Shown piece after piece: positions 60,827 to 64,000 of a stretch of DNA of 64,000 nt. The notes beneath the pieces are model-generated. The model made no database searches. It was given only the letters and a program-made list of their open reading frames with translations, and had not been told where the DNA came from. Every line of letters starts with the position of its first letter. The stretch's first letter is position 1. The position numbers and the translations under genes were made by a program. Origin of the DNA: a virus (lineage: Duplodnaviria > Caudoviricetes); IMG/VR virus record IMGVR_UViG_3300025724_000001, positions 32,001 to 96,000 of that record. One strand, given 5' to 3'.

Positions 60827-61147
60827 ATGGATACTTCAAAAAAAATATCACCAGAAGTTTTAATTTATATTCAAAATCTAAAACAGTTTTTTAGTAATAA
60901 TAAAAGTGCCTTGGAGTATTTTGATATTGATGATAATTTTGATGAATTTTATGAACAATTAGCAAATATTTCACAAAAAAATTTTGATGAAACAGGTGAA
61001 CCGGAACTATCAATATTTCAACTTGAAACATTAAGACATAAAATCGCAAATCCTATACAAATAAAAAGATCTGATGATGGTCGAGAATTACTGACTGGTG
61101 CGATTTTTTTAAAGAACGGTAATTTTGATATGATCTGTTTAAATTAA
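60827..61147 (+). CDS. Hypothetical protein
   Basis: TATTTAT-N5-ATG start. Confidence 0.7.
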   Translation: MDTSKKISPEVLIYIQNLKQFFSNNKSALEYFDIDDNFDEFYEQLANISQKNFDETGEPELSIFQLETLRHKIANPIQIKRSDDGRELLTGAIFLKNGNFDMICLN

Positions 61148-61153
61148 TTTTTC

Positions 61154-61423
61154 GTGATTACAATATATGTTTTTACATTACCTGGTTGTTTGGCATGTAC
61201 AATACTTAAATCTTCGTTGAATCGTGAAAATGTATCGTTTATTGATGTTGACATAACAATAAATAAAGATTTGTGGAATTATATTCGTAATCAAGGCGTT
61301 TCTGATTTTTTACCGGCAATTTTTATTAAATCGTCGGAAAGTGATGATGGTGATTTTTATTCCATGAATGTCCATTTTAATGAAACACAACAAATAGTGG
61401 ATATAATAAAGAACAATTATTAG
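61154..61423 (+). CDS. Glutaredoxin/NrdH-like redoxin
   Basis: VFTLPGCLAC, VDI, FLPAIFI (cis-Pro). Confidence 0.75.
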   Translation: MITIYVFTLPGCLACTILKSSLNRENVSFIDVDITINKDLWNYIRNQGVSDFLPAIFIKSSESDDGDFYSMNVHFNETQQIVDIIKNNY

Positions 61424-61476
61424 TACAAATAACCCAAAAAAATCATTCATTTTTGTTAACATAACTTTTATAAAAG

Positions 61477-61505
61477 TATTTATCTGAAAGTAACTTCAGA
61501 TAAAT
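61477..61505 (+). promoter_or_regulatory. Late promoter motif inside an 11-bp hairpin that occludes the start codon
   Basis: ATTTATCTGAA (61478-61488) pairs with TTCAGATAAAT (61495-61505), which includes AT of ATG 61504. Confidence 0.65.
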
Positions 61506-64000
61506 GGCTTTGCAAAAAATAAACTGGACACAAATTGATTCCGCCAATGTTCCGTCTGGTACTACTGTTGATTTAGGTTCGACACAAACACCAATTGATA
61601 ATACGTTTGTAAAAACATTATATATTGGTGAATATGAGAATCCTGACATATTACATAATTTTCATTGGTATTTAAGTGGTTTAACACCATGTACTGGGGA
61701 GACTGGATCTAGTGGAACATCTGGAACTTCGGGTGTGAGTGGTGATTTGTATACAACCACATCAAATTCAATATTAACAATATCTGCCGGATCTAAAACA
61801 CTTATAGTTGAACCGGATTTATCTTATGTTCCGGGGCACACAATAGTCATTGGTCATTCAGCATCAAATTATATGAGAGGTATTGTTAGTTCATATAATA
61901 GTACTACAGGACAACTTATTGCTATTATTTCAACTGTTGTTGGGTCTGGAACTTACAATACATGGGGTGTTGGTTTAACTAGTGTACCGGGACCTTCTGG
62001 TTCTTCAGGTACAAGCGGTACTTCTGGTAGTTCTGGATTATCTGGTGTAGATGGCACATCAGGTTCTTCTGGTATAAGTGGTGTTGATGGAAGTTCTGGA
62101 ACATCTGGCACATCTGGTTCTTCTGGTATAAGTGGTGTTGATGGTACGTCCGGTTCTAGTGGTACGTCCGGATTGTCTGGTGTTGATGGAACACCCGGTT
62201 CTAGTGGATCTTCAGGTACAAGTGGTACTTCTGGTAGTTCTGGTATTTCTGGTGTTGACGGTTCGTCGGGTACGAGCGGAACATCGGGATTAAGTGGTGA
62301 TTTATTTAGTACTGTTTCCAATTCTTCGTTAACTTTAGGTACTGGTATTCAGTTTCTTATAGTTGAACGTGGATTATCATATGTGACAGGACAAAGAGTA
62401 GTTGTTGCTTATGATAGTACCAATTATATGTTAGGTATTGTTGATTCATATGATCCACAAACAGGACTTTTAGTGGTTAATTCACAATTAATTAATGGAT
62501 CAGGTACATATAATGAATGGTCAGTCGGTTTAGCTGGTATATCAGGTGAAGATGGTACTTCAGGAACAAGTGGTACATCTGGTAGTGGTGGTTCTTCGGG
62601 TAGTTCTGGAAGTTCGGGTACTTCTGGTATTGCGGGAACATCCGGTTCTAGTGGTACGTCAGGTTTATCTGGTGTTGATGGTACACCCGGATCTAGTGGC
62701 ACGTCAGGTACAAGTGGATTAGAAGGCGTTGAGGGACATTTGGCTATATGGAGATATTCTGAAGTTATGAATACATCCATAAATCCTGGCGTGGGTTTTT
62801 TTACATTGGATGCTCCTGACTGGGGTGTGTCACCAAATTATATTGCAATAAGTGATACTGGTTTTACACCAAATTTAGATTTTATAACATATCTTGATTC
62901 TTTACAAACAGGAACGATTATAAAACTTATTAAGAAGAATGATGCCACTGTTTTAAAATATCTTGAAATAATATCTTTAGAACCATATGAACTTGGATTT
63001 GAAAGATATGGTGTAACACAAATTGCTGGTACGGGTGCTGATCCAATGAATGGTGATGAATTTCTGGTGTTAATGACAGGAATGAGGGGTGCTACAGGAA
63101 TTTCGGGAACATCAGGAACGTCAGGTTCGAGTGGCCAAGATGGTACTAGTGGTACTTCTGGTATAAGAGGTGCGGATGGTACATCTGGTACGTCGGGAAC
63201 GTCGGGAGTTAGAGGTTTACCTGGTATACCGGGTTCATCTGGTACGTCAGGAACTTCGGGTGTCAGAGGTTTACCAGGACTACCGGGAACGTCTGGTTCT
63301 TCTGGTACATCAGGATCAAGTGGTGTTAGTGGTAGTAGTGGTACATCTGGTTCAAGTGGCATTGAAGGACATCTGGCTATTTGGAGATATTCTAATGTTT
63401 TAAATACAGCAATAAATCCAGGTTTGGGGTATTTCACTTTGGACGCACCAAACTGGGGTATGAGTCCAACAACGATAGCAATTAGTGATACTGGTTATAC
63501 ACCAAATTTATCTTTTGAAACATATATAGACACAATATCTAATGGATCTATTATAAAGATTATAAAGGTACAAGATGGGACGGTTTTAAAATATCTTCAA
63601 GTAGTTGGAAATCCGGTATATGAAAATGGGTATGAACGATTTAATGTTATACAAATTGCTGGGACTGGTGATAATCCTTTACAAGACGATGAATTCACAA
63701 TTACTGTTATTAGTGGTGCTGGTGGCGGTACTTATACTGGTGATACATCGTGTGAACTCACTGAATGTGATAATGGTGGTATAGTATTAGAAGAAACACC
63801 TGATGGTTATTCAATATGTACGTTATATAATTCTAGACTTGATCCTCTTTTAGCGACACCAGAATCTGTTGGTGGAATACCAGTAGGTACTACTGTTAGT
63901 CAATTAACCGGCAAAACTTTGGTTGAAATTGTTGATGATTTATTATTCCCAGCTGTTTTACCGACATATACGATTCCTACAATAGCATTAAATGGTGTTA
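61504..64000 (+). CDS. Collagen-like (Gly-Thr-Ser) tail fibre protein, 3'-truncated; not in the ORF track
   Basis: MALQKINWTQIDS... open to the window end; (GTS/GSS/GVD)n tracts separate duplicated globular domains. Confidence 0.85.
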   Translation, partial: MALQKINWTQIDSANVPSGTTVDLGSTQTPIDNTFVKTLYIGEYENPDILHNFHWYLSGLTPCTGETGSSGTSGTSGVSGDLYTTTSNSILTISAGSKTLIVEPDLSYVPGHTIVIGHSASNYMRGIVSSYNSTTGQLIAIISTVVGSGTYNTWGVGLTSVPGPSGSSGTSGTSGSSGLSGVDGTSGSSGISGVDGSSGTSGTSGSSGISGVDGTSGSSGTSGLSGVDGTPGSSGSSGTSGTSGSSGISGVDGSSGTSGTSGLSGDLFSTVSNSSLTLGTGIQFLIVERGLSYVTGQRVVVAYDSTNYMLGIVDSYDPQTGLLVVNSQLINGSGTYNEWSVGLAGISGEDGTSGTSGTSGSGGSSGSSGSSGTSGIAGTSGSSGTSGLSGVDGTPGSSGTSGTSGLEGVEGHLAIWRYSEVMNTSINPGVGFFTLDAPDWGVSPNYIAISDTGFTPNLDFITYLDSLQTGTIIKLIKKNDATVLKYLEIISLEPYELGFERYGVTQIAGTGADPMNGDEFLVLMTGMRGATGISGTSGTSGSSGQDGTSGTSGIRGADGTSGTSGTSGVRGLPGIPGSSGTSGTSGVRGLPGLPGTSGSSGTSGSSGVSGSSGTSGSSGIEGHLAIWRYSNVLNTAINPGLGYFTLDAPNWGMSPTTIAISDTGYTPNLSFETYIDTISNGSIIKIIKVQDGTVLKYLQVVGNPVYENGYERFNVIQIAGTGDNPLQDDEFTITVISGAGGGTYTGDTSCELTECDNGGIVLEETPDGYSICTLYNSRLDPLLATPESVGGIPVGTTVSQLTGKTLVEIVDDLLFPAVLPTYTIPTIALNGV

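Noticed and set aside
61953-63437. Minus-strand PDVP/PEVP ORFs
   Set aside because: Antisense shadows of the plus-strand GTS collagen-like gene starting at 61504.
1-64000. Stop-codon reassignment as seen in some large phages
   Set aside because: Very long ORFs are intact in the standard code, and TAG/TGA act as stops at sensible gene ends (625, 5126, 44179, 56395, 61423).
1-64000. tRNA, rRNA or structured ncRNA genes
   Set aside because: Intergenic gaps are short and AT-rich; I recognised no cloverleaf or riboswitch, including no cobalamin riboswitch before nrdJ. A covariance-model scan would be needed to exclude them fully.

Overview
A 64-kb, AT-rich, densely coding, almost entirely plus-strand segment of a large (jumbo-type) myovirus-like phage genome read in the standard code. 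Several signals point to a Bacteroidetes host: a perfect TTTG-N19-TAnnTTTG promoter, A-rich SD-less start regions, and Bacteroidetes-type NrdJ and sigma70. Gene order: replication/recombination (gp32-like SSB, RecA/UvsX, 5'-3' exonuclease, DnaB-like helicase, class II RNR); a ~33-kb baseplate/tail module (gp25, kinase-like gene, gp6-like wedge, then giant proteins of 1702, 3429, 2568 and 613 aa carrying accessory domains on Ser/Thr/Pro mucin-like linkers); RuvC, primase, PD-(D/E)XK exonuclease, SbcD/SbcC; sigma70; a putative lysis cassette; probable internal head proteins; Dam-type methylase; glutaredoxin; and a truncated Gly-Thr-Ser collagen-like fibre gene. Most notable observations: (1) a pervasive [S/T]-G-x-T motif largely confined to virion proteins, which together with the mucin and GTS tracts suggests a phage virion modification (glycosylation) sequon; (2) a TATTTAT late-promoter motif, with three apparently leaderless genes and start-codon-occluding hairpins; (3) a probable -1 frameshift in the lysis cassette that runs through a terminator-like hairpin; (4) a degenerate Hint domain in a baseplate protein; (5) two genes missing from the ORF track (Hc1 histone-like protein, collagen-like fibre). 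All functional calls come from motif recognition by eye; no searches were run.
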